The notes beneath the pieces are model-generated. The model was not told the origin of the DNA, made no database searches, and was given only the letters and a program-made list of their open reading frames with translations. A stretch of DNA of 64,000 nt from Chiloscyllium plagiosum (taxonomy: Eukaryota): positions 9,696,622-9,760,621 of the forward strand of contig NC_057753.1 of NCBI RefSeq assembly GCF_004010195.1, given 5' to 3'. Positions 27,095 to 39,984 of the stretch are shown one piece after another (position 1 is the stretch's first letter; the number at the start of each line of letters is the position of its first letter). The position numbers and the translations under genes were made by a program.

Positions 27095-27555
27095 TGAGGA
27101 TCTAAAATTTGAATTTAGGCTGTTGTCAGAAGCAACAAGTATATGTTGATTTTTATCAACTACAAAATGGCTGCAAGTAATGATTTGATTCTGTGAACTT
27201 GAACTGATGTTTTGATAAGTTGGTTGTATTTAGAGATAGGAGAGAACAATGGATTTTTCATGATATGAATCATAAGACAGTGATTTGGTATTCGAACTAA
27301 CCTTGAACTGCTTGCATGGAATGGTGCTCTATGTAAATTAAGAACCCTTTCCCAGGGAATATCATTAGATTAACCTGCTGTAAATCATGTCACCTTACTA
27401 TATGTGATTGGTCTTTTCTTGTAATTAAGGCTGCACTATCTCTTTAAAAAAAACATAAATAATGTGTAATTTTCAAATGTAATTGCACCATTTCTCCACA
27501 GAACACAGAAGCTTTAACCTATGTGTTGTTTTCCCTTGCGCACCAGACCTTGTAG
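27095..27555 (+). mobile_element. ERV-B 3' LTR, truncated by CR1
   Basis: Polypurine tract AAAAGAGAGGAA (27083-27094) is immediately followed by TGAGGATCTAAAATTTG. Confidence 0.75.
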
Positions 27556-27564
27556 ACTTCTAGT

Positions 27565-27905
27565 AAAGCATGAGAGGCATAGATAGAGTAAATAGACAAG
27601 ACTTTTTCCTTGGGATAGGGAGTCCAGAACTAGAGGGTAATAGGTTTAGAGTGAGGGTGGGGAGGTGGAGATTTAAAAGGGACCTAGAGGGCAACCTTTT
27701 CATGCAGAAGTTGATGTCTGTAAGCTGCCACAGGAAATGATGGATGCTGGTACATTTACGGCATTTAAAAGGCATCTGGATGGGTGTTTGAATAGGAAGG
27801 GTTCAGAAGGATATGGGCCAAGTGCTGACAAATGGAACTAGATCGATTTAGGCATGGAAGAGATTGACCGAAGGGTCTGTTTCTGTGCTGAATATCTCTG
27901 ACTTT
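27565..27905 (+). mobile_element. CR1 LINE 3' end
   Basis: MRGIDRVNRQDFF...FKRHLDG-like sequence and CR1 3'UTR. Confidence 0.8.
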
Positions 27906-28562
27906 GGCTTTCCACTAACGTTTGCTACGTCTGTATGTTCAGTTTCTCTCTGGTGTCTGTGTTAATGGCTGATGTCTTCTTTCCCCCCCTACTTCCCGGG
28001 GGATGTTAATATAAGAGCAGAGGGAGAGTGAGAGAGATGGTGTTTTCAATTTTGTGGAATAATAAAAGAAAAGAACATTCCCCCGAAATTAGAATTGCTT
28101 GTTCTGAATTTCTACCCTGGACTGACACTAGTGACTTTTGTAATCTCTTTTTACAGAGTATTTGATGATCTGAGGATGGAAGTTTCAAAATTAACAGATG
28201 AAGGGCTTATGCCTGAAACGTCGACGCTCCTGCTCCTCAGATGCTGCCTGACCTGCGTGCTTTTCCAGTGCCACACTTTTCGATATTGACTCTCCCCTGT
28301 CTGCAGTCCTCACCTTGAAGTCAATATCTGACAGTCACTCAATCCATTGGGACCGCAACAATTTTCAACTGTGATTCTGTGAGAAGGAGCAAAGCTTTTT
28401 GGTTCCTGTTGAGTATGTTTTCAGCATCAGTGCGACTGTATAACAGACCCTAGTGTTGCAGCGCACTGAGTGTGGAGCCTGAAACAGTTATACTGCCTGG
28501 AAAGAGGATTTCATGGCTGGGAGGGGCTGTACACTTATTTGTGTGCGGCTGAAGCTTCAGCC

Positions 28563-29085
28563 ATGGAGAAACCAGAGGAATTCCGCCCTGGAGAAACCGT
28601 GGAAGTGTGGCAATTGTGGGAGAGGCTTCCATGCCCCATCTGCCCTGGAGATTCATCGGCGCAGCCACACAGGGAGAGGCCATTCATCTGCCCCAAGTGT
28701 GGAAAGGCCTTCAGCAATTCCTCTGCCGTGCTGAGGCACCAGCGGGTCCACACTGGGGACAGGCCCTTCAGCTGCCCCGAGTGCCAAAAGGGCTGACACC
28801 CTGCTGATCCACACCGGGGAGAAGCTGTTCTGCTGCCCTGAGTGCGGGAAGGGATTCACTCAGGTCGGCAATTTGCACATGCACCAGCAGGTCCACATGG
28901 GGGAGAGGTCCTTCAGCTGCCCCGAGTGTGGGAAGGCCTTCAGCAATTCCTCCATCCTACTGAAGCACCAGCGGGTCCACACAGGGGAGAGGCCCTTCAG
29001 CTGCTCAGACTGCGGGAAGAGCTTTTCCAGGGTGGCCACCCTGCGGACACACCAGCGAGTTCACGTGCCATCGCGGGGAGATTGA
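28563..29085 (+). pseudogene. C2H2 zinc-finger pseudogene (~6 finger units, frameshifted)
   Basis: [33 protein letters not shown] and CSDCGKSF lie in different frames; upstream acceptor tttttacag at 28156. Confidence 0.85.
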
Positions 29086-30339
29086 AGGAGCGACAGCCGA
29101 ATGCCATTATTGACTGGACTATCGACCCAGTTCCTGGGACTCCCAGGTTTGAATCCCACCAAGGCAGAAGGTGGGATACAGGGTATGGGTTGAAATTACT
29201 GAGGGAGGCAATACTTCATTCCGGGTTATGGCTGTACCAAGAATCCAATTACAAAGAGACAACTCGGTGTGGACCAATAGTAAAGAAAGTGAGGTGGTGG
29301 AGCTGTGCGCTTTGACCTTGAACTGTTTAAAAAGCAGCTACTTTTTCTGTGCCTTTTTGCTGGGGAGATCTGAAGCTGTAACAAAGTTGGGTCACAATAA
29401 AGATTACCTGAACTTACTGCCGGGCTCAGACTCATATTGAAAGCTTTGAGCTCCAAGAGGTTTTTGTTTTAAAGTTGCTCATTTCTTTCAGCCTCCTGCA
29501 CTAAGTTTCCAATGTGGTGTATTAGATGGAGCAGTGAATGAGCAGCCAGTATCATTAGAAATTGTAAATCTTTAAGGAGTGCAGGTACTGCATCATTTCA
29601 TTGGCATTGTAAAGTTTACTGGCAGCATCGGCAGGTGTGGGTTGTGTTCACTAGAAAGGATGTGGACTGGGGCAGATAAAATTAAAAATCTCACAACACC
29701 AAATTATAGTCCAACAGATTTATTTGGAAGCACTAGCTTTCACAGTGCTGCCCCTTCATTGGGTAGCTGTGGAGCAGGATCATAAGAGATAGATTTTATA
29801 GCAAAAGATCACAATGTCTGCAACTGATAGGATGTATTGAACAAACCAAGATTGCTGTTACGTCTTTCATCTTTTAGAATGGGTTGCAGGTTTGGGTCCA
29901 TTAATATGTAAATCCCAGAACTACTTTTAATTCACGTTCTCCAGATGACTTAAGGTTTTATTAAAAAAAGAAAGTGATTGCTCAGCTCAGACAATGCATT
30001 AACGGTGTGAGGTTCGAGTCTGTCAGTATCCCAATCTTGAATCAGACTGGTTCTATTTCCAAAGTAGGAATTTATAAAATATTACATGGATTGACTGCCT
30101 GCAGATTGTGTGCTTTATGAGCAAAATTGAATGTATCTGCAAATATAATTCTGCCAATACAAGTTTACCCCATAGAGTTATGTGTGTATGCATGCATGAG
30201 AGTGTGTACGTGTGTGTGAGAGTGTGCAGAAAAGTGTGTGCATGCTTGGTAAATTGTGTGTAATGGAGTATAAGCTTGTGAGAGTGTTGTGGGATGTGTG
30301 TGTGTCTGAGAGAGCGTGTGTAGAGAAACGTATGAATAA

Positions 30340-31030
30340 AAGTGAGGGCTTGCATTTTCCTAAAACAAGGAAGGGCAGGACTTGTACAGTTAATGGTAGG
30401 GCCCTGGGTCATGTTACAGAATAGACAGTCATGGAGGGGGGCGGTTTCAGGTACATAGTTCTTTTAAAGTTACATCACTCGTAGACAGGGGGGGGGTTAA
30501 AAAGGCACTGAGTACAGGAGTTGGGACATCATGTTGAGGTTGCACAAGATGTTGGTGAGACCATTTTAGAGTACTGAGTACGGTTCTGGTGGCCCTATAA
30601 TAGGAAGAATACTATTAAAGGGGGCTTGGTAAAGATTTACCAGGACATTGCCAGGACTGGAGGGCTTGAGTGGACGGTCATGAGGAGTGGAGGTAAGGTG
30701 AATAGCAAAGGGCTGTTCCTTAGCATAGGGGAGGTCAAAACTAGGGGGTATATTTCTTTAAGGTGAGAGGAGAGATATTTAAAAGAAACCTGAGGGGCAG
30801 TGTTTGGCAGAGAGTGGTTTGCATGTGGAATGAACTTGCTGAGGAAGTGGTAGATGCAGGGACGGTTACAATGTTTAAACGACATTTAGATGGGTACATT
30901 GAAGAGAAAGGTTTAAGAGGGATATCAGCCAAACGGAGGCAAGTCGGGCTAGTTTAGTTTGGGGAATCCTGGTCGGCATGGAGGAGTTGGACCGAAGGGT
31001 CTGTTTCTGTGCTGTATGCCTCAATGAACC
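30340..31030 (+). mobile_element. CR1 LINE fragments
   Basis: QRVVCMWNELAEEVVDAGTVTMFKRHLD plus 3'UTR. Confidence 0.8.
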
Positions 31031-31449
31031 AGAAGTGATCTTATTGAAACCAACAGAAGTCTGATAGGGGCTTGACAGGATAGATGCCGATAAAATGCTC
31101 CTTTGTGGGTGGAATCATAGAATCCCGACAATGTGGATACATTTAGATACTGCGTCACTTTACATATTAAGATATCCCTTTGAATGTGCTCACATCCCTT
31201 TGAAATATAATCTTGTCCCCCATTTAAATCTCTTTATTTGCAGAAATAGCCCGTTAAAATGTCCATGTCCCTTTAAAATGCAGATTTCCCCCTTTAGATA
31301 TGACGAGGTATCGTTATATGTCGGAATATGTGTTTAAATTGAGCCGTGAGCTTTCCCAATGTAGACAGGGCTCCTGGAAACGTGGCAGTGTCCCCCCTGC
31401 AGCTGCAGAGCGAGACAGGAGAGTTTGTTTTTGTGAATGAGCAGTTGTA

Positions 31450-31583
31450 GCGCGAGGTGGCTGTTGCTTGGTGACGGTGAGGCTCCCCGGCCCCGCCCAT
31501 CCCCCGTGCAGACGTCACGCGGAGGCGGTTGGGAGGAGAAGTCGCTCGAGCGGGGAAGCGGCGGGAGGGCGGCCGTTAGGAAA
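31450..31583 (+). promoter_or_regulatory. CpG-island promoter of the QSOX-like exon
   Basis: CpG-rich; GC box CCCCGCCC (~31491), CRE-like GACGTCA (~31511), and good Kozak context AAAATGG. Confidence 0.6.
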
Positions 31584-31835
31584 ATGGCGCCGTGCGGCCC
31601 GGGGCAGACACCCGTCACTGGGCACCGCCGCCTTCCTGGCGCAGCTGCTGTGTCACGGCCACACCGGCCGGCTGTACAGCAGGCAGGAGCCGGTGAGCAT
31701 TCTGGAGGCGGATGGGGTTAAGGGCCTGCTTGGGAACTCGTCGGCCGCCTGGGTGGTGGAGTTCTACTGGTCGTGGGGCGGCCCCTGTGTCAACTATGGG
31801 GCCACCTGGAAGGTACTGGGCCCGGGAGGTGAAAG
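31584..31835 (+). pseudogene. QSOX: Sulfhydryl oxidase (QSOX family, QSOX2-like) exon 1, damaged as assembled
   Basis: RLYSRQEPVSILEADGVKGLLGNSSAAWVVEFYWSWGGPCVNYGATWKVL matches the Trx1 start of QSOX (LY...NSSAAWLVQFYSSWCGHC..YAPTW..LA.DVK). Ends at AAAG|GTGAGG donor. Frameshifted near the ATG, and WCGHC reads WGGPC. Confidence 0.8.
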
Positions 31836-33284
31836 GTGAGGCAGGTTGTAGAGGGGGACGGAGGGGAAGGAATGTGCGGCCTGTCCTGTCATAGTGACAT
31901 TTTACACTCACTTTCCATCTGCTTTTACTGGGGCTTGTGCTTTTACCCTCAATGTTACTTGTGAAATTGCTTAGGGCGAATGTGTAAATACTAGTGAAGG
32001 AGATTATGCACCAGCATGTATATGTTCCTCAGTCATTGTAGGGGCAGGACCTGTTGAGAATGGTTAGTAAACCATGTGGTGTACTCAGCCTTGTTAACAT
32101 GGATATAGTTTGTTATTTGTCAAAGTATACTTTTTATTATTTAGTCATAAGAGTTGTACAGCTCGGAAACAGATCCTTTGGTCCAACCTGTCCATGCCAA
32201 CCAGATATCCCAAATTAGTGTGAAGAGTGTAGTGCTGGAAAAGCACAACAGGTCAGGCAGCATCCGAGGAGCAACAGAATTGGCGTTTCGGGCATCAGCC
32301 CTTCATCAGGAATCAAAAGATTCTCCTGCTCCTCGGATGCTGCACAACCTGCTGTGCTTTTCCAGTACAATGTTCTCAACTGTTATCTCCAGCATCTGCA
32401 GTCCTCACTTTCTCTGAGTTGATTTCAACTTCACTATAAAGTCTCTTCCGACGATACCTACCTAGAAGTAGATCTCCTCCCCTCTCTACAAAGATCACAG
32501 TCAGTCCCTCTCTCACTGTACCTCCAAGTCCTCTCCTCTGCTCCTCAGATGCTGTGCACCACACTCTTGCAGCCCTCACTTTCTTCCAGTGAAACAGTCT
32601 CAGCCTATCCGCCTCAGTCGCAGTAGATTCATATCCAATTGTTCAGTGCTGGAAAGACCAAATGGCCTATTCCTCCCAATTCTCACTGTGTCCAGGACAT
32701 CAACAGTGAGAATGGAGGGAGTGTGTGTGGGATGGAGATTGTCAGCTGATTTGGATGGGCTATGCTAAATTGCTCATAATGTCCAGGGATGTGCAAGTTA
32801 GGTGAGTTAGCCATGGGAAATGCAGAATTATAGTTTCATAGTAAAAGCAGCAGGAGTCAGCCATTTGGCCCGTCCAGCCTGCTCCACCAATCATTAAGAT
32901 GATGGCTGATATATCCATCGGCTCAGCTCCTCCTCCCTGCATTGTCTCAACTACCCTTAATTCCATCTGTGTCTTGAATATACTTAATGAAGTTATGGGA
33001 ATAGCAAGTTCCTCCTCATCTCAGTCCAGGCCCCCTCAACTTGAGGCCTGGTCTCATCCACCAGCAGAAATGACTGGATAGGGTATGGCTTTATCCCCAC
33101 AGTGCAATGAATTCTCACTTTTCACCAAACTCCCAGATGTACTCCCTCATTCAGTTGCTGTCTCACAAACGAAAGACTTCATTATAACTTGTTTTGCTCC
33201 CAGTAAGGGCAAAACATCTTGGAAAGCTGCTCTGAAAGTCCAGTCTTCACAACCACACTTCTGCATCCACCGAAGACAATTCCA

Positions 33285-33630
33285 GTATTACAGCATAGAA
33301 AGAGACCCTTCGGCCCAACTCGTCGGTGCTGACCAGATATCCTAAATTAATCTGGTCTCATTTGCCTACATGTGGCCCATATCCCTCTAAACCCTTCCTG
33401 TTCATATACCCATCCAGATACCTTTTAAATGTTGTACTCGTTCCAGCCTCCACCACTTCCTCTGGCAGTCCCATACATGCACCACACTCTGTGTGAAAAG
33501 GTTTCCCCTCATGTCCCTTTCCCCACTCACCTAAAAGCTATACCACTTTTTAGTTCTGGACTCTCCTACCTTGGAGGAAAAGGCCTTGGGTATTGACTCT
33601 CCATGCCCCTTACAAACCTCTATAAGGTTA
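33285..33630 (-). mobile_element. CR1 LINE 3' end
   Basis: Reverse complement of CR1 3' ORF2/UTR. Confidence 0.75.
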
Positions 33631-34154
33631 ATTCTCAGCGTCCTTCTATACCAGTCACTGCCAGTTGTCAGACAGGTAAGACAAACAATCAGCAAGGCAA
33701 GTGGTATATTAGCAGGATGAACTGGGAGTAGAAGTGAGGATATCTTCATGCATTAAATATATTCATGGCTGAGTTTGTCTGATTTTTGAACAGCAAAGTG
33801 TGGATTTTTATGTTGTGTGGATGAGGTGTTTTTTTTTGAGTGGTTTATGTTTTGGATGCAGGTACTGTAGACACGTTTAAAGTGGAAGGCAAGAAAATGG
33901 TTTTATGACCACGACAGAACAGTTACAGTCAGACAGCACAGAAACAGACCCTTCATTCCCACTATTCCATGCTGACTATGTTCTCAAACTAAACTAGTGC
34001 CACTTGCCAGTGTTTGGCTCATATCCCTCCGCATCGTGCCTATTCATTTACTTATCCAAATATCTTTTAAACGTTGCATCTGTACGTGCATCCACCACTT
34101 CCTCTGGACATTCATTCCATACATGAACCACTGTCTGGATATGGAAACCTTTTA

Positions 34155-34730
34155 GGAGAAAGTGAGGACTTCAGATGCTGGAGATCAGAGCTGAAAATGT
34201 GTTGCTGGAAAAGCGCAGCAGGTGAGGCAGCATCCAAGGAGCAGGAGAATCAACGTTTCGGGCATGAGCCCTTCTTCAGGAATGAGGAAAGTGTGTCCAG
34301 CAGGCTAAGATAAAAGGTAGGGAGGAGGGACTTGGGGGAGGGGCGTTGGAAATGCGATAGGTGGAAGGAGGTAAAGGTGAGGGTGGGGGCGGAGAGGTCA
34401 GGAAGAAGATTGCAGGTTAGGAAGGTGGTGCTGAGTTCGAGGGATTTGACTGAGACAAGGTGGGGGGGAGGGGAAATGAGGAAACTAGAGAAATCTGAGT
34501 TCATCCCTTGTGGCTGGAGGGTTCCTAGGTGGAAGATGAGGCGCTCTTCCTCCAGCCGTCGTCTTGCTATGGTCTGGCGATTGGGGAGACAGGCCGCCTA
34601 CTTGCGGAATGTTTCAGAGAACACCTCTGGGACACTCGGACCAACCAACCCAACCACCCCGTGGCTCAACACTTCAACTCCCCCTCCCACTCCACCAAGG
34701 ACATGCAGATCCTTGGACTCCTCCATCTGT
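34155..34730. mobile_element. Penelope-like element with internal inversion
   Basis: Minus-strand terminus joined to plus-strand IGETGRLLAECFREHL...HPVAQHFNSPSHS (GIY-YIG region). Confidence 0.8.
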
Positions 34731-36899
34731 GGTCGTCAATAAGGCGACCAGAACTGTGCTCCGTGCTCTAAAAGTGGCTTCACCAATCTCCTGTACAACC
34801 CCAAGTGATGTCCCAACTCCTACTCTGAACAGCGTGAACAATGAAGGCAGGTGTGCTAAACGCTTCTTTCACCACCTTGTTGCAATGATGCAACTTTCAA
34901 AGAATTATGTACCTAATTTGGAGAGGCTGGTGTTGGACTGGGGTGTACAAAGTTAAAATTCACACAACACCAGGTCATACTCCCAACAGGCTGGTTTGGA
35001 AGCACAGCTTTTGGAGCGCTGCTTCTCCATCAGGTGGTTGTGTCTTATGATCCTGCTCCACAAACACCCAATAAAGAAACTCGTCCTTTCAACCTGCTGG
35101 TGTGATTTTTAACTTTATGTATCTGAACCCCTCCATCCCACCCCATGTCTCTCTGTTCTACAAGACGACGCAGGGTCCTACCATTAACTGTACAAGTCCT
35201 GTCCTTCCTTGTTTTAGTAAAATGCAACCTCTTGCCATCGTCTGTCACTCTCTCAGACACACCCCCCCAACATTCACACCATCTCATAGGCTTATACTCC
35301 ATCAAACACACACTTCATTAGCATGCATGAATGCATAAACTCGCATGCACACACAAGTCTATGGATGAATTTGCATTTGCAGAATTATATTTGCAGATAT
35401 ATTCAATTTTCCTCAAAAAGCACACAAACTGCAGGCAGTCAATCCATGTAATATTTTATAAATTCCTACTTTGGTTAATAGAACCAGTCTGATTCAAGAT
35501 TGGGATATTGACTTGAACCTCACACCTTTTTTGCAGTATCTGAGCTGAGATGTCACCTATTTTTATAAAACTTTAAATCATCTCGAGAAGGTGAATTAAA
35601 AATAGTTCAGGGGTTTACATATTAACGAACTGAAATCTGCAACCCATGGTAAAAAATGAAAGGATACAAAAGTAGATTGTGGATTAGTCTATCAGTTGTA
35701 TGACACTGTGAGCTTTTGCTCTAAATTCGGTGTCTTATGATCCTGCTCCACAACTCCACAGGAGCAGCATTCTGAAACCAAGTGCTTCCAAATAAACCTG
35801 TTGGACTTTAATCAGGTGTTATGTGACTTTTAACTTTATCCACCTGAGTGGACACAGCCCACACTTCCCAGCGCTGCCAGGAAACTGTACAATGCCGATG
35901 ACATGATGTAGTACCTGCACTCCTGAAAAATTTACAATTTCTAACGATACTGGCTACTCATTCACTGCTCCAACCGATACACAACATTGGAAACATAGTA
36001 CAGGAGGTTATAAGAAATGAGCACAGCAGATCAGGCAGCATCAGAGGAGCAGGAACATCAACGTTGCCCGAAATGTCGATTTTCCTGTTCCTCGGATGCT
36101 GCCTGACCTGCTGTGCTTTGCCAGCACCACTCTAATCTCTAGCATCTGCAGTTCTCAGTTTCACCTGTAAGAAATGAGCAGTTTTAAAACAACAACCTGT
36201 TGCAGTTCAAAGCTCTCAATGAGAGTCTGAACTCGGCGTGAAGTTCAGGTAATCTTTATTGCAACCCAACCTTGTTACAGCTTCAGAAGCTCCCAGCAGA
36301 AAAGCGTACAAAAAGTAGCAATTTTTAAAAAACAGTTCAAGGTCAAAGTGCACACACCCCCTCCAACCCCTCACTTTCTTCATTATTGGTCACCACCAAG
36401 TTGTCCTTTTGTAATTGGATCCTTGGTACAGCCTTAACCCGGAGGAAGTATTGTCTCATTCAGCAATTTCAACCCATACCCTGTCTCCAAGTAAGTTGGA
36501 TGGGCTGTGTAGAGCTGAAAATGTGTTGCTGGAAAAGCGCAGCAGGTCAGGCAGCATCCAGGGAACAGGAGAATCGGCAGAAACTCCAGTTTCTGTAGTG
36601 TAGTGGGCTGTGTGGAGTCAACCACACTGCTGTGGGTCTGGAGTTACGTGTAGGCCAGACTGGGTAAAGGATGCAGCTGGGACGACTGAGTGAATCCTCT
36701 CCCACAACGACAGTTTCCTTCCCTAAAAAGGAACTGAGTGAATCAGATGGGGGTTTTCTTCCACCCCAGCCCACCGTCAATGGTTTAATCGTTAAATTCC
36801 AATTCACCGTCTGTCGCGGTGGGAATCGAACCGGGAGCCCTGGAATTGGGTTGATAGTCCAGTCGGTAATGACGGCCGTTAGTCCTTCAATCGCCCTGC

Positions 36900-37955
36900 A
36901 ATGGCTTGTGAACTCACAGGTGTGGAGGAGCGGGTGAAGGCCTTCCCACACTCAGGGCAGCTGAAGGGCATCTTCCCCCGTGTGGGTCAGCAGGGTGGAG
37001 GCGTGGGTAAAGGCCTTCCCGCACTCTGGGCAGCTGAAGGGCCTCTCCCCCTGTGTGAATCAGTTGGTGGGTCAGCAAGGCAGAGGAATCACTGAAGGCC
37101 TTCCCACACTCTGAGTAGCTGAAGGGCCTCTCCCCGATGTGGAGCCGCTCATGCCTCAGCAAGTTGGAGGAATTGCTGAAGGCCTTCCCGCACTGGGGAA
37201 GCTGAAGGGTCTCTCACCCGTGTGGAGCTGCTGGTGCCTCAGAAAGGCAGAAGAATCACTCTAGGCCTTCCTGCACTTGGGGCAACTGATGAGCCTCTCC
37301 CCTGTGTGGAGCCGCTGGTGGGTCAGTAGGTTGGAGGAATTGATGAAGACCTTCCCACGCTTAGGACAGAAGAATGGCCTCTCCCCGTGTGGATTCGCCG
37401 GTGGGTTAGCAAGTTGGAGGCCTGGGTGAAGGCCTTCCCGCACTGGGGGCAGCTGAAGGGCCTCTCCCCCGTGTGGACCAGCTGATGGGTCAGCAGAGCA
37501 GAGGAATGGCTGAAGGCCTTCTCGCACTCTGGGCAGCTGAAGGGCCTCTCCCTTGTGTAGATCCGCCGGTGGGTCAGCAGGATGGAGGCCTGGGTAAAGG
37601 CCTTCCCACACTCAGGGCAGCTGAAGGGCCTCTCCCCTTTGTGGACCTGCTGGTGGGTCAGCAGGTTGGAGGAATTGATGAAGGCCTTCCCACACTCGGG
37701 ACAGGAGAACGGCCTCTCCCCAGTGTGACTGCGCTGATGAATCTCCAGGGCAGACGGGACACAGAAGCCTTTCCCACAGTCGTCACATTTCCACCGTTTC
37801 TCCATGGGGCGGGATTCCTCAGGTTTCTCCAGGGCCAAAACTTCAGCTGCACACAAATGTGTGTACAGCCCTTCCCTGATGTGAATTCCTCTTTCCAGGC
37901 TGTATAACTGTTCCAGGCTCCATGCTCCTTGTATTGCAATGGTAGGGTCTCTCAT
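36900..37955 (-). pseudogene. C2H2 zinc-finger gene, ~11 finger units; 5 in frame, then frameshift and stop
   Basis: ORF 37323-37955 carries CDDC/CPEC/CPEC/CPEC/CPQC fingers; frameshift at ~37385 and TAG at 37261; inverted paralog of 28157-29085. Confidence 0.85.
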
Positions 37956-38877
37956 CCAGTCCCACTGATGCTGAAAACGTACTCAAACAGGAACCACAAA
38001 GCTTTGCTCCTTCTCACAGAATCATAGTTGAAAACAGTTGCAATCCCGATGGATTGAGTGATTGTCAGACATTGACGTCAAAGTGTGGACTGCAGACGCT
38101 GGAGAGTCAGAGTCAAAAAGTGCAGCGCTGGTAAAGCACAGCAGGTCAGGCAGCATCCGAGGAGCAGAAGAGTCAACATTTCGGGTATAAGGCCTTCATC
38201 TGATGATTTTTAAACTTCCATCTTCAGATCTTCAAATACTCTGTAAAAAGAGATTACAAAAGTCATCACTGTCAGTCCAGTGTGGGAATTCTGAACAAGC
38301 AATTCTACTTTCTGTGGAACATTCCACAAAATTGAAAGCACTATCCCACTCTCTCTCCCCCTCTGTTCTCACTCCGCTCTAACCAATTCTCCTGAAGGTG
38401 CTGATTCAGGATCTCACAGGTGCAGAAAAGCAAAAGCATTAAGACTGACATCTCTCTGAATTTTGGATAACTCCACCTGAAAGTTAATATCTTTCACAAC
38501 ATTGGGATACTGCTGAGAGTGAGCAGGTCTGATTTTGGGAAGCAAAAATAAAAGTTTGTGACAATCCCTTCTCTTCAGAGAATCCCCACAGTGTGGAAGC
38601 AGGCCACTCGGCCCAAATATTCCACACTGTCCCTCCGACGGGTAACCCAGCCACACCCATTCCCTAACCCCTATTGCTCAACATTTACCCCCTGATTAAT
38701 GCACCTAACCTGCACATCCCTGGGCACTATGTAATTTAACATGGTCAATCCATCCTAACCTGGACGAAGTTAAAAAATCACACAACATCGGGTCATAGTT
38801 CAACAGGTTTATTTGGAAGCACTCGCTTTCAGAGTGCTGATCCATCATCAGGTGGTTGTGGATGAATAAGATCATAA

Positions 38878-39187
38878 GGGCGACACGGTGGTTAGCACTG
38901 CTGCCTCACAGCACCAGAGATCCGGGTTCAATTCCTGCCTCAGGCAACTGTCTGTGTGGAGTTTGCACATTCTCCCCGTGTCTATGTGGGCACCCTCTGG
39001 GTGCTCTGGTTTCCTCCCACAGTACAAAGATGTGCAGGCCAGGTGAATTGGCCATGCTAAATTGCCTGTAGTGTTAGGTGAAGGGGTAAATGTAGGAGAA
39101 TGGGTCTGGGTGAGTTGCTCTTCGGAGGGTCGGTGTGGACTTGTTGGGCTGAAGGGCCTGTTTCCACACTAAGTAATCTAATCTAAG
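38878..39187 (+). mobile_element. tRNA-derived SINE
   Basis: GGTGGTTAGC, GGTTCAATTCC and (TAATC)n tail. Confidence 0.8.
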
Positions 39188-39984
39188 ACACAGATATAGA
39201 GAAAAACATTGCAGTGTCCTGCCACTGAAATGATGTATTGAACAAACCTGTTTCATCTTTTAGAATGGGTTACAGTTATTATTACTATGTAAATCTCAGA
39301 AATTCTTGTAGGTCACTTTTTCAAGATAACTTAAGATTTTATAGCAAACTGTGACATCTCAGCTCAGACAATGCATTAAAGGTGAGGTCAGAGTCTGTCT
39401 GTGTCCCAATCTTGAGTCAGACTGGTTCTATTTCCAAACCTATTCCAGAATTTACAACCTATTACATGGATTGACTGCCTGCAGATTGTGCATTTTTGAG
39501 CAAAATAGAATGTATCTGCATTTATCATTTTCCAAGTTCAAATTCACCCCCATGGACTTTTAAGTGTGTGTGTGTGCATGAGAGAAAAAAAAGTCTATTT
39601 CTGTGCTGTATATTTCTGTGTCTGTTTGATAACAGATACTTTATTTCTGTTGCTGTCAATATTGTTGTAAATCATAGCTGGGTACTAATAGTTAGATGTA
39701 AAGGAGACAAATTTCCCCAAATAGGGCACCATACAAATCCTAGGAGAGTCCTATTTCTGGTTTACTTCCAAATGAACAAACACTAAGCATGAACACCTAT
39801 TCATTTCTAGGTTTGTTCCATTTTCTTGTTCAATTCCCTGCTATGACTGCACACTGTGTCTGGATGGTTGATAGGCTGGGAGATTGTGGGTTGGGTCTTG
39901 ATTGCTGAATGTTTTATTGTTCCGGAAGGTATAAAAGGAGGGTCAAAGCTTCAGCAGAGCTGAGAACAGACCGACATCCAGATG

